From Macrostomum lignano (taxonomy: Eukaryota): a stretch of 64,000 nucleotides of DNA. The translations under genes were made by a program, and so were the position numbers. Shown here piece after piece: positions 25,915 through 44,500 of the stretch. Each line of letters begins with the position of its first letter. Position 1 is the first letter of the stretch. The notes below the pieces were generated by a model. It saw nothing but the letters and a program-made list of their open reading frames with translations. It searched no databases and was not told the origin of the DNA. The stretch covers positions 1-64,000 of the forward strand of contig NIVC01003456.1 of assembly GCA_002269645.1 (NCBI GenBank). Direction: 5' to 3'.

Positions 25915-28900
25915 TTATTGAGCTCGCTCCTGACTTCCCGGCTGCAGGAAGCTGCTGGGAATGGCCTGGCCGCCAGACAAGACCGACGTACCGCTCAAGG
26001 ACGTCCCGAGGCCCAAGGAACCAGGTACGCCTGCGGCCGCTGCAGCAGCGTAATACTGAGGCAGGTAGGAGGCCTGCAGGAGGGTGGAAGGAAATGTAAT
26101 ACTGCGGAGGCCTGTGATGAATTACTGACCTCACTAAGAGTAAGTGCAGGCATTTCAGCATGGAATTTCTAGTAATTGTTACATTTGAGCTACTCATCTC
26201 ATCAGCTCATCACTAGTGGAAAATGCATTCGCGCCATCTCAGCTTGCTTACTACAGCCAAATAAGGCAAACACGGATTGATGCACTTGTTGACCAACCCC
26301 GCTGCCTCACCTGGGCCAGCTGCAGCATGGCCGACTCTGATAGGCCCGGATAGCCGGCTGCGTACTGCTGGTATTGCTGGTACATGGCGGAGGTCGCGTA
26401 GTCCAACATGCTGCTGTTATTGCCGGCAGCAGCCGAGGGGGAACCACCGATGCTGCTGGAGACCTGAGGCGCGAGGGCCACGAGGCCGGCGGGTGTCACC
26501 ATGGGCTGGTAGGCGGCATACGAAGCCAGCTGCGGCAGTCTGAGGGGCGGGCAGGATTCAGGTGAAGAGCTGACTGCTTAGAGCACGGCTTACTGTTATT
26601 AGTAAGGCAAGCGGTTGACAAGCAAAAATCGTGAGGGCGCAGGGAAACTCCGGGCCTCCCACTGCCCTGCTGGCCTGCCGCTTCTCTCTGGCTGCGAAGT
26701 TGTCGACAAAAACACAAGAAAGTAGCAGCAATGCCAGAGAGACAAGCACTGCAAGCCTGCAAGGAGTGAGACGGGCCCAGATTCCAAGCCCGCTTCATCT
26801 GTCACGAGTTATCCCTGAAAACCAGCCTGTTAACTGTAAGACCTGTGACCACTGAGGGTGAGGCACTGCAACTTTTAGCACAGCAATTCACAAACTCGAT
26901 AGAGGATATGATATTTTCAAATTCAGGTGGGATTATTCACAGTGACCAGGGTTTTGGGGCCGGACGCCGGCCAGACATCCCGCATGTGCTGCTTCTGACC
27001 TGAAGCACCTGGGCTTTCGAATTGGAAATCTATGAGCGCCATCTCGCACTTGCTGAAACTGGCAGGGAATTAAAGCATCCGCGGGGCCCGCTGATCCTCC
27101 ATAAAACCTCCCCACCCGTCGGCACCCCGCCAGTAACCCCTGCCTCCGCTTCGTGCGCTAATGAAGTCCCGCTGCCTGCCAGCCCTGGCACCAAATGGAG
27201 GTCTCCCAGCTCCTTGCGGGGAAAACGCTAATGTGCCCCGCAAAACTGCTGCTGTTGCCTCGCGCAGCCCCAGGCCCGCTGCCGCCTCCCAGCAACCAGG
27301 CCTGTCAGTGAAAATAATGAATGGCCTTTCGGAGCGATCGCAGCCGCCTGTTGCCTCACCTTCCCTTCCGTCTGCACCATTTTCCCGTGGGGCTGGAGAA
27401 GCTGGGATAACTGGGAGCCTCCAGGGCGGATTGGGCGCAGTTGTGCCCAGAGAATCACAGATTACTCCACGCATGCCATTGCCAACATTGCCGGCCGCTT
27501 AAGGTAGGATGAGGGACGGGGCCCTGGCCCAGGATAATGACAGCAATGGGCTCTGCACAGCAAATAGTTTGTGCATGGGAGGCTGCGAGCCTAACGCAGC
27601 CTTGCAAAGATATCGCCTGCACCTCTGGGGAGAAAGACTTCAAGCATCGATTAAGCAGAAAAGAAGTACACGTTATTAAAGTCTGCAAAAGAGAAAACGC
27701 AGTGTGAGCTTTGAAGGCCTATGTTCGCCAAATTTTCACTCCAGCCACTCAGACAGGGCAAGCACGCTGCCAAACATTGACGCAATACCTTGATCACCGG
27801 GATAAGCTCTGCTTCCCTGAGCGGGCTAAGCTAGCAGCTGGATGAAAAGAAGGGAGGAAATTCATTTCTTGATGTTTGTGCAGCTCTTTCCAACAATTAT
27901 GCCATCTTGCTTTTGATTTTCAGCCGCTCGGTGAACCGCTTGATGGCTGCTTAGCTGGAACTGTAGGCTCGCATCTGCTACTCCAAAGCGAATGCTCGCA
28001 TCTGCTACTGCAAAGCGAATGCTCGCATCTGCTACTGCAAAGCGAATGCTCGCATCTGCTACTGCAAAGCGAATGCTCGCATCTGCTACTGCAAAGCGAA
28101 TGCTCGCATCTGCTACTGCAAAGCGAATGCTCGCATCTGCTACTGCAAAGCGAATGCTCGCATCTGCTACTGCAAGACGAATGCTCGCATCTGCTACTGC
28201 AAAGCGAATGCCACCTATCAGTGAGGGGAAGGTTGAGTCACTCACGTGGCGGCCTGTTGCTGCTGCTGAACGCCCTGCTGAAGCCTCGCCAGAGTCAGCG
28301 CTTGCAGGTGGGCTGAAAGGAATGGGAGGCAATTTGAATCAGACGAAGAACAAACAGCCTCTGAGTAGATTTACAACACCAATAAAAGGTAGACGTTTTT
28401 CATTTCTCAATCTGGTCCCGGAACCAGCTCATGTTTGCGAAGTGAATCCTAGGCGCTTGTTGCACAGAGTAAAATATTCGGGTGCAATGGAAATTCCAGT
28501 GCATTCGATTTTCTGGCAGTGCGCGCTTACGAGTATGATAGCGCTTTTTCAGATGCAGACTGGTCAAGCCAAGCTGCTTTAATATCCTGAAATTCGACTA
28601 ATTCTGGATTCTGGCACCTGAATAAGGAGTTCGATAAATCAGCAAAAAATGCTTTTCTCTGTAAGGGAAGCTCTTGCCAAATATTCTTAATCTACTTGCA
28701 TTAAAGTTATTAATAATTAACAGGAATAACGTTTGCTGTGACGCTCAAAGGATTCTCATAAACTGGCAGAACTATGAGCGCACTGCAGCATACTGTGAGC
28801 ATGCGAACTACTTTATTTTATTCATATTTCAGCATTGGCTACTAATTCTCAACAGGCTTTTCGCTTTAGAAATTCGTTGCGCTTTCGGTGAAGTCTGAAA

Positions 28901-31900
28901 TCGGCTGTCCCAATCGTGCCAGTAAAATGATCGCCGCCTGAAGACAACAGGCTGGATTCAATAAATTGCCCCAGCACCATAAAGCTGCTGCGGGCAGCCC
29001 AGTCATTCAAGACACGCCGGAGGGCTCCATAATGCGCCATAAAACTGCAACCCGCTGGGGCAGGGGTAAAGGGGGCAGTTGGCGTTTGCAAGATGAAAGC
29101 TCGAATCGCAGCAGCGCATCAGAAGCAGGCTCTGCCTATTTGTGCCCCGAGTTTCTAATGCACTCAGAAGGCAGTGAAGCGTGCGAGGGCAGGTAGGACA
29201 ATGGAGCTCAGCAATTACTTACTCCGGTGCTCAAACGAAGCAGGCATTTTCAGCCTGTAGAGCCCAGCAGGCCGGTGCCAGCAAGACTGGGGCCGAACGC
29301 CCCCCCCTCCTCCCTCCGGGGCTGGAGCACCCCAGGGCTCAAACACGCACAATGGTCAGTGTTTCCATTGTTTCCCGCGCCCATCTGAGCCCAGTAAGAG
29401 TCGCTGCGAGGCAATTAGAGGCCAGAGATAGCGAGGCAAATCGTGCACGCTAGCTCGAGCCGAACACTTGTCTCTGCAAATATTGCTCTGTCTCTATGCG
29501 TCTGGAGCACAAGCTCACAGCTCACTCACTTCCATTACAGCAATTTGTCATCAAGATTGTAAGTTTCTGCTACAAGAGAAGCAAAAACAGTCTCAACCCT
29601 GACTTGAAAATTTTCTGTGAGCAGCTGCAGCAACCTCCCCAGCCTTCTTTTCAGACCAGGGCCGCCATGCCATGATCGGGGTCTAAGAAAGAGCGGACCC
29701 AGAAAGTTCAGCTTAATGTCATCCTTCAAGATCTTGCAGTCGGATTCAATTGCCTGATGGGCAATTTGCCGCAAGTTTTTGTGCCACAGCTCTCGGCAGG
29801 AAGCTGGTGTAAACGATTTTTGTTAGTAAGATATACCGATACAAGATAGATGCCAAATGCAAAATATGTATAATGGCTCCTATTACTCAGTGGGGCCTAC
29901 TTCGTATGCTTTGTGTTTTCAATGCTTTCAAGTCTTCAATACTTGGTCACCCGCTCACTCTCGGGACCCGATTGGGAAAGCGGGGAACGTATGAAATCGA
30001 CTTCGGCAAAGACATGACTTACCGTTGGGAATGCTTCTGGGCTTGGCTCCGATCACCGCCAGGTTTACGTTTGCCTTGCGGCCGTCGATGCACGGGTTCG
30101 GTTCCTGAATGGCCTTGAAGGCGTCCTCCGGCCGCTTCATGGTCACCTGAGGAATCCGGCGGGTTGAGCAATGGGTGATCTCAGGCTGCTTAACAAGCCG
30201 CTTGTCCGCCGCTACATGCGGACTCATGGGACAAACACGGGTAACGGGAGCTCAGAACGCAGATAATCCCACATCAGTGGACTGTTACAGCGATTTCACG
30301 GACAATTAGATGGCAGGTTTTATGGGCCCATAAAAACTGCAACTGGCTGGGGGGAGTCAGGCAAAGGCTGGGCGGTTGACATTAAATTTGCATGGAGAGA
30401 AGTTGGCTTAGCCAGGCCTCTGATCCGCTGTACTCCATCCCATTGTCTCCGAATCCCGTTGCATCAACGGCCAACGCCAGTCCGCACTGAAGCTTTTGCA
30501 ACCCGCAGTCCGCCATGGCTGTCGGGAAGCCGGCAACAATCCTAGAGTCTATATATTTTAGACGCATGCGAGCCGTCGCACAGCAACCAAAGGCAAAGAT
30601 TGGATCAGCAGAAGAAATGGATAGCTAACGGGGTCCCACGGTCCCATTAGCTGTAGGCCTCGCTTCGGGCCTGGTGCCTTCTTTGTCGATTGCAAGTGAC
30701 TCATCAGCGCGGCTCTCACTGCGTCAGCGTGGCCCGAACTACCAGCACAAATAATTCTCGAGCCTTGTTCCACCCCGCAAAAGCCCTGCATCCCCAGCCC
30801 ATGCCGGGAGGCCGGGGAGTGGAGAGGGGAAGAGAATGGAACTGTCCCTATTAGAAGCAACAGTCGCAGAAATTGCGGAGGCTGCAGCAGCAAGGTCCAA
30901 ACTGCACGTGTGTACGCTCGTAGATGGCGGGATGGTGGAAGCTGGGATGCATGCTGAAGCAGGGATGCGGGCTGAGGGGCTTGCGCAGTCACTGGGAGGA
31001 TGGCGGGCGGGGATTGCGAGAAAAAGAATTACACGCGATATAAAATGCTGCCAGCTGGATTGCCTGCCCCCCGCCCACGGCAGAATTTAGGGATCCAGGC
31101 ATGCTACTCATTCCCTTGGGCTTATTTTTTATTGCCTGAACTGTGGGTCCACGCGCCAGTCACCTGCAAAGCAGGTAGGCCCTGTTGCCAGGCCGGTATC
31201 AGATATTCTAGTGGACATGGTGCTGCAGTTCCCAACTACCCGGCAATGAATCCAAACCCCCCTTAATCCTTCGGGCATTCAGTTCGGTGTCAGTCCCAGC
31301 TCGAGCTGAAAAAGCCGCCACGCAATGCACAAAAATAAGGCCCTCCTATCTCCCATATATGCAGTTCTGCGCTCCTGCATACAAGCATTTTTAACATGGA
31401 CCGCTGACGAGGCCGCATGCAGCAGGAAGAAAAAGAGATAAAGATTCAGCCAGTTCGTGGAGCAAGATAAAGCTGCCGGTCCGTGGAGCCGGCTGCAGGT
31501 GACGCAAGTGCGCCGCCGTGCCGCAGCGCTGCTGTTCGGTTTGGCTGGCCTGGTAAATGCTGACAGGCCCGTGCATGCGAGTTGATTTCGTGATCCGCGG
31601 ACTTGAATTTGAGGTGCAGCACAAAATCGAAAACATGCAGGCCAAAATTAATGGGCCTCAGAGCCACCCTGTCTACTAAATTAGTTGATTCACAAATGAC
31701 AATTCAGCACAGCAATTCATAACCAACTTCAAAGCGTGAATCTCGGCGCTTTATGATATGTCTCAAAATGCATTAATAATAATTGCCCATCTTGTTAGCA
31801 GCTGCTATGGATCTAACAGGAAGAGTAAACTCACGAATCCATAACCGCGGCTCTTGTTGGTGTTGCGGTCGGTGATGACCACCGCCTCCTCCAGCTCCCC

Positions 31901-32026
31901 GAACTGCTCGAAGTAGCTGCGCAGGGTCTCGTCGCTGGTGTGGTAGGGCAGGCCGCCCACGAAGATCTTAGTGTAGGTCGTATCCTTCTGTTGCATCAGG
32001 GGAGATGAGGAAGAGGAGGAGGACAT
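25915..32026 (-). CDS. RBM24: RNA-binding protein 24/38 (SUP-12-like) single-RRM protein
   Basis: Exons 32026-31835 ([52 protein letters not shown]), 30146-30023 ([37 protein letters not shown]), 26539-26311 (Ala/Tyr/Gln-rich) and 26073-25915 (ending QERAQ*, compare vertebrate ..DRMQ*). At least one phase 1-to-2 exon between 30022 and 26540 was not located. Confidence 0.92.
27967..28212. repeat. 27-bp minisatellite, ~9 copies, intronic
   Basis: The unit gcgaatgctcgcatctgctactgcaaa repeats with very few variants. Confidence 0.95.
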
Positions 32027-32169
32027 GCTTCGGGAGAGCGGTTTTCTTGCTTGTAGATGGTCGAGTATTTCAAATCGAAGTGGAAGCGGGCGGTGGGCGA
32101 GAGGAGTTTCCTTCGGACAAAGCTGACTGCACTGGGCACAAGTTTAGTTGGGCTAGCTTGTCTGTCTGC

Positions 32170-32335
32170 TGGTGGGGCCTTTAAAGCGCTACGAGGGAAG
32201 GAAAGCGTGGGCTGAGGGGGCTTGAGGGAGCCAATGCACACTAACGCTAAATGGCGGCCCGCGCAGCCAATGGGAGACCGCCGATACCAAGCTGGTATTG
32301 CAGGTATCGAGATATCCAGACAGACAGCCAATGCA
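32170..32335 (-). promoter_or_regulatory. Putative RBM24 proximal promoter: three AGCCAATG (NF-Y-type) boxes and a YY1-like AAATGGCGGC
   Basis: CCAAT at 32231, 32267 and 32328, aaatggcggc at ~32249, and tttaaa at ~32179, all 150-300 bp upstream of the ATG. Confidence 0.5.
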
Positions 32336-33380
32336 CAGAAGGACCACTTTACTTTGCTTTATCTTTACTTTAATGAATTTCGGACACGTCTGGTAGAGCT
32401 ACTTAATCTGAATTCGCTTGGTGGCTGGTTGTGTGTGCCTTTAATATACGAGAGAATATTACGAACATTAGATCATTGTTCTGATATAAAACTGCTGCAA
32501 AAGCACAGAAAATCTTCATCGGTCACGAGCCACGACCGCTGCAGTCAAAATTAACCCGGGACTCCCAGAGTTTACCCAAATGAAGCACATTATGTAGCGG
32601 CAAACATATTTCTACCTCTCCAGTGCAGCCGCGCCACCATCGAAATCTGACATCTCCCACTACTTTCATCACCGTCTGCTTCCATCCCTTATCTGCACGC
32701 GCGTCTCTCTGCACCGCTATACTTACTAATGAGGAAGGCGCCACAGCCACAGCTGCTCGGAAGACAACAGAGATGATGGCGGGAAGCCTGATTATTGAAT
32801 TCTCTTCCATCCCACTGGACGTGGGATTCACAGCGACTGCGCACTGGCTGAGGCAAGATTATACTTGGGAGGAATAAAGGCACAATAGACCTCTTGTTTA
32901 TTGTTTAAGCTGACTGCTGCGCGCCACCCACTCCAGTGGAGGCAGTTCTCGCAGCCTCATCCTCCAGGAAATCGGGGCTTTCATCTCTCTCCTGCGTGTC
33001 TGACAGGCAGCGCTGCACTCTGCTGCTTTTTTACACCGGCAATGCTCACCTGTTTCTGTACGCATCGGCTGTATTTTATGTTCAATGAGCCACCTACCTC
33101 AGATTTTCCACGGGACGCACAGCAGCTATCGTACCGCAGCTATCATGCAGTAAAAAGCCACTTAATTTTTAGTTCTCAGGTGCCTCAAGTGCAGGCTAAG
33201 CTTGGCTTCTGGAGGATATAAAATTGGTTTAGCTTAGGGAAAGCTTTGCGTCATCTTTTTGCACGTTTCACAGCCTATCATAGGCTTACACTAGTTTATA
33301 CCACAGCCACAAACGATACATTCAAGTTGCGCGTCTGAGAAAAAGTAGAATTAAAGAAGGTGAGCGCTATCATTTTTTAT

Positions 33381-33416
33381 GCGACATGTTTCGCCTCGCG
33401 TCAGGCATCGTCAGGC
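33381..33416 (-). ncRNA. Minimal type I hammerhead ribozyme (Penelope pLTR-type)
   Basis: The minus strand reads gc-CTGACGA-T-GCCT-gacgcg-AGGC-GAAA-C-AT-GTC-gc. It has the full conserved core, a 4-bp stem II, a palindromic ACATGT stem III and a GUC cleavage triplet. It lies downstream of a co-oriented GIY-YIG fragment. Confidence 0.72.
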
Positions 33417-33548
33417 TCTTAAAATTAGTAATATTTGTTCATTAATATTTAACAATTAAGACTAAGAACGGGTCGATAAAAGTCAGAAATGTATATAAAT
33501 TAACAGTAGATTGTACAGTCCGACGGAGCGCTCACAGAGATGCAATGA

Positions 33549-33563
33549 GGGGAGAGAGGGAGA

Positions 33564-33626
<63 letters not shown>
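33549..33626. repeat. (GA)n microsatellite
   Basis: A long gagaga run is directly visible. Confidence 0.97.
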
Positions 33627-33632
<6 letters not shown>

Positions 33633-33791
33633 TGAGATGAGCACAAGTGTACACCTAGAATACTCTAAGGAGGGCACTGGCACCGTGATTGGCAAGTTGC
33701 TTATTTAGGATTGGTTTACGCGATTTTATATACAGGGCTTCAAGCACTTTTTCTGTACTCATTTGAGCACGTATGGATGGTGGAAAAGTTT

Positions 33792-34046
33792 TTATCTATT
33801 TGGCTGGCACAGCATTCTTTGCATATCAACAGGTAGGTGGTAGTGCACAGCCGACATCTTTTGCCTATGTTCTCTACTTCTCACGTACAGGTGTCGGGTA
33901 GTTTCACCTATGTAGGTGATACTCTGATCGCCAGAGCATTGAAATTGGTAAACGACACCTGCCCGTAAGGAGCTGGGAACGCGGCATTTCAAATTCTTAA
34001 CAAAACGACCGATTTTCTCGCAACGGAAAGTGACCATGAGCTTCAC
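33792..34046 (-). mobile_element. Penelope-like element remnant, GIY-YIG endonuclease fragment
   Basis: LRAGVVYQFQCSGDQSITYIGETTRHLYVRSREH matches the PLE pattern GVVY..C..YIGET.R.L..R..EH. Confidence 0.85.
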
Positions 34047-36113
34047 ATTTAAATACTTATTAAACGCTCTGATGAGGTTCTTTTTAAAATTTGCTACTTT
34101 GTGCTACTTGTACAAGTTTTCAAACCAGTATCCACACCGAGTCTCTGCAGCTACTCTGCACTCATGAACCTTTAGCCGACCGTTGAAGACGCGCTTATAC
34201 ACGCACTTATACACGCGCTTAGACAGCGCATTCCCGGCAGCTTTGAGCATTCGAATAAGGGACGGCTCAATATGAGACTTAGGCTGGTAGTAGCCCACAC
34301 CCACCCTGCTGCTATTCGGAGATTATCCTACTTACTTAAAAAGGCTCAGATTTAGAACCGCACGGATAACTCGGCTCTGAAGCTCCGAATACGAGCAGGC
34401 AGCATGCGGGATTTCGCATGCATCGGCGGGCACTTTCAACGGCAGTCGCATAAGAAATTCCGCATGAGCCCCCAGCACCCGTGCTAAGCCTCTCACCAAG
34501 AGCACAGTCTTCCCGGCCATTAGCGACCGGGTCTAATTAAGCAGCATAGATTACCTGTGGCAGCTCTATTCAAACGGGATGCGGGGACGCAGCTGGGACC
34601 GTGGATGCATCGCGACACTTGCTTAGCGAGGAAAAATATTTTCATCGAGGGCCTCAAAAATCCTGAGCGAATAAAATCACAGGGAGATCCACGAGGCAAT
34701 TTTAGCTGTACAGAATAAAGCTTTGCGAATCTGAAGGCTCAGTTTATTTATTCGTTGGGACAAAAGCCGAATAGAGGCTAAAAAAATAATGACAGAGCCA
34801 GACGCCAACACCAGCTGCTCTTCCATCTGCAGAAAATGAGCGCCCAGTTTCTGGCGTGATTTTTCCCCCAAAAGTCGCACCTGAGACGCTTAGCCTGCAA
34901 ATCTTCGAAAATAGTTATTCGCATTGAACAGTGCGGCTCTGCGAAAATGTTACCACAGCAAGCTGCAACACGGGCCGGGTCAGGCACCAGAACAGAAGCG
35001 CTCTGCATCCAAAAGTGAAGGGAACTTGAAGATTTCCATGGACACAACAAAATGCTCGGAGCGTAAAACTATTACGATATACAGCGGATTAGAATATAAA
35101 AGTGCTAAAACTGTCAGATTCGTGGATTGGACCATTGGGTCTTGATTAACTGCACAACAATTTAAATAAAAACGATTAAAATATTCGATAATCAGTGTAT
35201 CTTAATTGCACAACAAAACGAGAAAGCACAGAAATGCACAACACAAAGTATGCTGGAATGGGGACTACACAGTAATAAAACAAAAGATAATTTGCGGATG
35301 AAAAATATTTAGAGTTGCGATTGATTTTTGTTAAAAAGTTCCATAATTCCGTAGGAACAAAAGCTACTCTTGTCAAGTATGTGAGGGATAAGCTGTAAAA
35401 GGGAAATCATGCAGTGTGCTAGACTGCTTCTAGCGCGAAAGCAAGGCAAAAGCCAAACTGCAGTTGAATGTAGGGCAGATGGATGAACCATACGAAAAAT
35501 GGCGCAACAGAGGCTTATTGCATTGGGTAGGCAAAAGATGCAATAAAATGACCACGACAGGCTACTGACTAGTAATAACGATTGCGACAAGGAGAGTAGC
35601 AGTATAGAGGCTTTGTCGGAATTTGCATAGATAAAAAATATAAATGATATAGATGCGCTCTGGAGTTCAAGTAGAAGGTGTGTACGGATTAGAAATAAAA
35701 AACTCACAAATACGCTCGTAAATTTGCATTGCGAAGTTTTTGGAAGCGAACTCCGCGAATTCGGGGCTGTCATTGCTGAGAGATCAATCAGGATGGCTAT
35801 AACAGCAATAAAATAGGCGTTTCCAAAACAGGACTAAGTTTCTGCTTTCACAACCAGAACTCATGGTCAGAAGAGATGGGTAATTCAGACGTCATCATAA
35901 AATAATCCTCCCTAACAATCCTGCAACGAGAACAATCTTAAACTTGAATACAGCCCAGCAGCTCCCACTCCGGTCAACGAAAGGCGGGCAGCGGGGCACA
36001 AAAACGTGGGTGCAAATTGGACAAATAAGTTTGTGAGAGCAAAGACAAAGAGACAGTTGGTGCAGACACAGAAAGCTAGCAGTAATAAGAGCGTACGAGC
36101 AAAAGTTGGATTA

Positions 36114-40993
<4,880 letters not shown>

Positions 40994-43900
40994 TGGCGCT
41001 AGAAATCCGATTAGTGTGGCTGACATGAACACAAAACACAAAAAATGTTACTAAGATCTTAAAAACAGAAAATTTTAACATAATTTATGCAGCATTGAAT
41101 GCTCTTTCATTGAATTTCTCAAGGTTTTAAAGTAATGAAAGCATGGAAAATTATTAGTTATTTAATAAGTTTACTTTGAACTCGAATTAAATAACCAAAA
41201 CATTTTAACTATTAACAAGGAATGTAACGAGATATTTTTTGATATACAAACGAAGATAGATTTAAAAATATAAATTTAATGACACACAAATAAGTATGGT
41301 CTAATAGCTTAAATATCGAGGCAAAATTTAGCAATTTTTTTAGAATCTTAACCCTTGAAATCTTTGTCAATGGAATTATATCTATTAAAATTTATTAAAA
41401 TTCTAATTAATGAACTCATACTTAATAGAATCCAGTTGGTGGAATCCTAGCCCATAAAATTGAAATTAATAAAATCTTATTCAGTAGAACCTGGGTAAAA
41501 GAAATCCTATCAAATTCATTTTTTTGTTGTTCAAAAAAGCAGTTTCATAATCTGGAGATAAAGTATTCAAATTTTTATTAGTTAAGTTTCTGCTAATATT
41601 TAATATTTTAAATTATATTGCTACCAGCATGCCACTAAAAAAGTATTTGTCTATTTACACTGCTGGCACAAGCAGATTGGGGGCATAGGAAACAACTACT
41701 TTGGCAGAGGCCTAGAAAAGGGGACTAACAATTTTTTTGGTAAAATACAGTCTTATCACTATCTGCTTGCTTTTTGGTCTTTACCCCCAGGGTCTGCCTC
41801 TGGGCTTGTGAAATTTCTGGTTGTACTCCCTATGTCTCCAATCCTCCCAACTACCTATGTTATTTAGAATATATGAAATTTCAATGGAAATTTAATTATT
41901 ATAATTTAGTTTTTTCATTATATCTTTCTGTAAATTCATTATATCTTAACATCTTTCACACAAGCTAGTTCATATAATCTAACTAAAGATCGAATCATAT
42001 TTTTCTATATAATTTAAAATTTACTTTTCTTTTTTATTTACCATAATACATTTGCTAGTTAGAAATCTGAAACTAGAATTTGTGCATTCTTGATTTAAAG
42101 TTGGATTTTGTGGTAAAAGTAAGAGATTATATAGTATTATTCTCAACAAAAGTACTATGATATTTGATTAGAACACTACGAATAAAGTCTAAGTATTCAT
42201 AATCAGAATCCTTGTATTATATTTTGTAATTTTAATTTGATAAAGAATTGTAAAGACGAATTAACAACTTATAATAATCTACAAATGAAAAGCTTCTAAA
42301 ATTTTCAATAAATTGCAATAACATATACAACCATAGGCATTGTTATTGCTGTAGGCTGAAAGTAATATTATTACCAAGTGTTGTCCAGGCATTGGATTCT
42401 ATATTGTGTTCCATTCTGTTCGGCATTGTATCTAGCAATTCTAGCAGGAGAGGGGCTTTTAGGTTTTAGTTTGATAGCGAGATATGAGTAGTTAGCAAAT
42501 TATATGCATAATAAATATAGTAAAATATGTCCACTACTAAATTGTCACATTTACAACTCGACTTGATTATAATTCTTTTTATTATCGCTGGTTTTAAATT
42601 TCCGCTTCAACAATTACACGAGCCGCGATACAACAAAAGCACTAGAGGGATAATATTTTTTGTATCTATGCATTTTGTTTCGATTCCTCTATGCATTGCA
42701 GAAAACTAAAAAAAATATTCAACACTGACTCGTTTAAGCCTTGTTTCATCAACTAATTTAATCGTCATTCGTCATATTGTAACAAACACTAAGCAAATTT
42801 TGGTAATTGTGCTGATTAAAACTGCAAAGACGAACCATATGCTCCGGCCAGAACCAAGTTACTGGATTAAAAGCCTATAGTTATTATTAAATAATGCACA
42901 TTAAAAGTTATTGTTCATTGATCATGACGATCCACATTCTGGTACTCAATTTAGTAGTGCCCTAAGCAATGTTGTGCAATCGTGCCCTTTTTGCTCTCGC
43001 ACCCAGCCCCAACTCTTATAGTCGGCTTCAACCCTCCAGTTTTCTCAATCAGTGAGTACACTGATCACGCCACCTCACCCCTCATTCACCCAAACCGTAC
43101 TGTAAATTTGCACTCAAATTATTTATTTAATTAATTTATTCCATTCATGTTCATGTAGATCAAATTATATGATTAAATATGATGTTTTCCTTTGAGCACA
43201 CGCCACCTCCTTTTTTCCTACCGTTGGCTATTGTTAAAAAAGAAAACTACTATAACAAGTGTGCGTTGAACTACATCGGCTCCTCGTACTGATCTGCAAT
43301 CTACAAGAACCACCATCCTTGTTCTTTTTTGCTTCTCTCCCTCGGGCACGGGACTGCAGGGGTCGCACCGTCTCAACAGGTTAGGCTGCAGGCGTCGCTG
43401 CAAGGGGCGCCCAACACAATAGATATTTTTAATTGGCAACATGTACGAGTAGATGTAAGAGCTCATACTAAATAAAAAACGCTCTCAAAGTGTACGTAGC
43501 TAGGACGCTTCATTCGGCTTTCTTAGAAATAAGCTGCTGGAGGATGGTCATTAAAAGAACGTATGCATGACGTATTTAATATTTAATTAAAATTTGGCTT
43601 CCAGCCAATTTTACGCGATTTGCGAGTGTAGCGTCCAACTTCAGTTTATTTGCTCATGTCTCAGACTCGAAAATCTATAGTGGGTTTTAGTCTCGGTCTA
43701 AACTAAATCTAAAATGCTAAAAAATGACAAAAATGCTACTCTGGATCTTTGCAGAGCCTCGATTTACGAAGTAAGCAGTTCATTTGGACCAGTCATTTGT
43801 ATTGCAGTAGCGTATGCTCTCTGAGTAAAATTTGCTCAAACGTGGAGAAAATTTAATTTTAATTCTTAATTCTTACAGTGTATATGGAGATATCATGAAG

Positions 43901-44500
43901 GAGATATCATGAAAAATCGCATTAAGGACTTAAGTCGACCTTAGTATATGCTTTGCTTGTGCACGTGCTTGTGTCGAGATTATAAATATTTCACGTAGTG
44001 CATATGCATGCAGTAACATATTTAAAGTTGCTTTTCAGTGTTTTGTGGCAATTGGCAAATATGATTAAAAACGAAATAAGAAGTATTAAGCGGCTATTAA
44101 GTTCACCGATAAAATTTGCACCAAGAAGTGCAATAATGGAATAGGCAAATTTACGCACACTGAATTCCGTTCTTGCGAGCGATCGCTGCGAAGAGTACAG
44201 CTAGACCCTTAAAAATAGATTTCCAACTAGCGATTTGCAACAGCATCAAGTTCTTACCGCTTAAAACTTTCCTAATGTTGATAGTCTAGAATATGTAGAG
44301 AGCGTCCATTTTCATTGACTACACTGTGTACCGTGGACAGTGTAGAGTTACATGTACAGAGGACGGCTACAAAAACCAAGAGAAACCGACCATAGCAGTT
44401 AAGTAAGGTGCGCATTCAATCTTACAGCAAATCCAGACAAATAAAATCACAAGGACGAAAAGCTCCATTAATCCGCACGGTTCAGCCCAATGTCCAATGT

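Noticed and set aside
27862-28582. ORFs of 146-196 aa with 9-residue repeats on both strands
   Set aside because: They derive from the intronic 27-bp minisatellite.
34065-34100. CTGATGAG as another hammerhead core
   Set aside because: No stem II or GAAA follows it.
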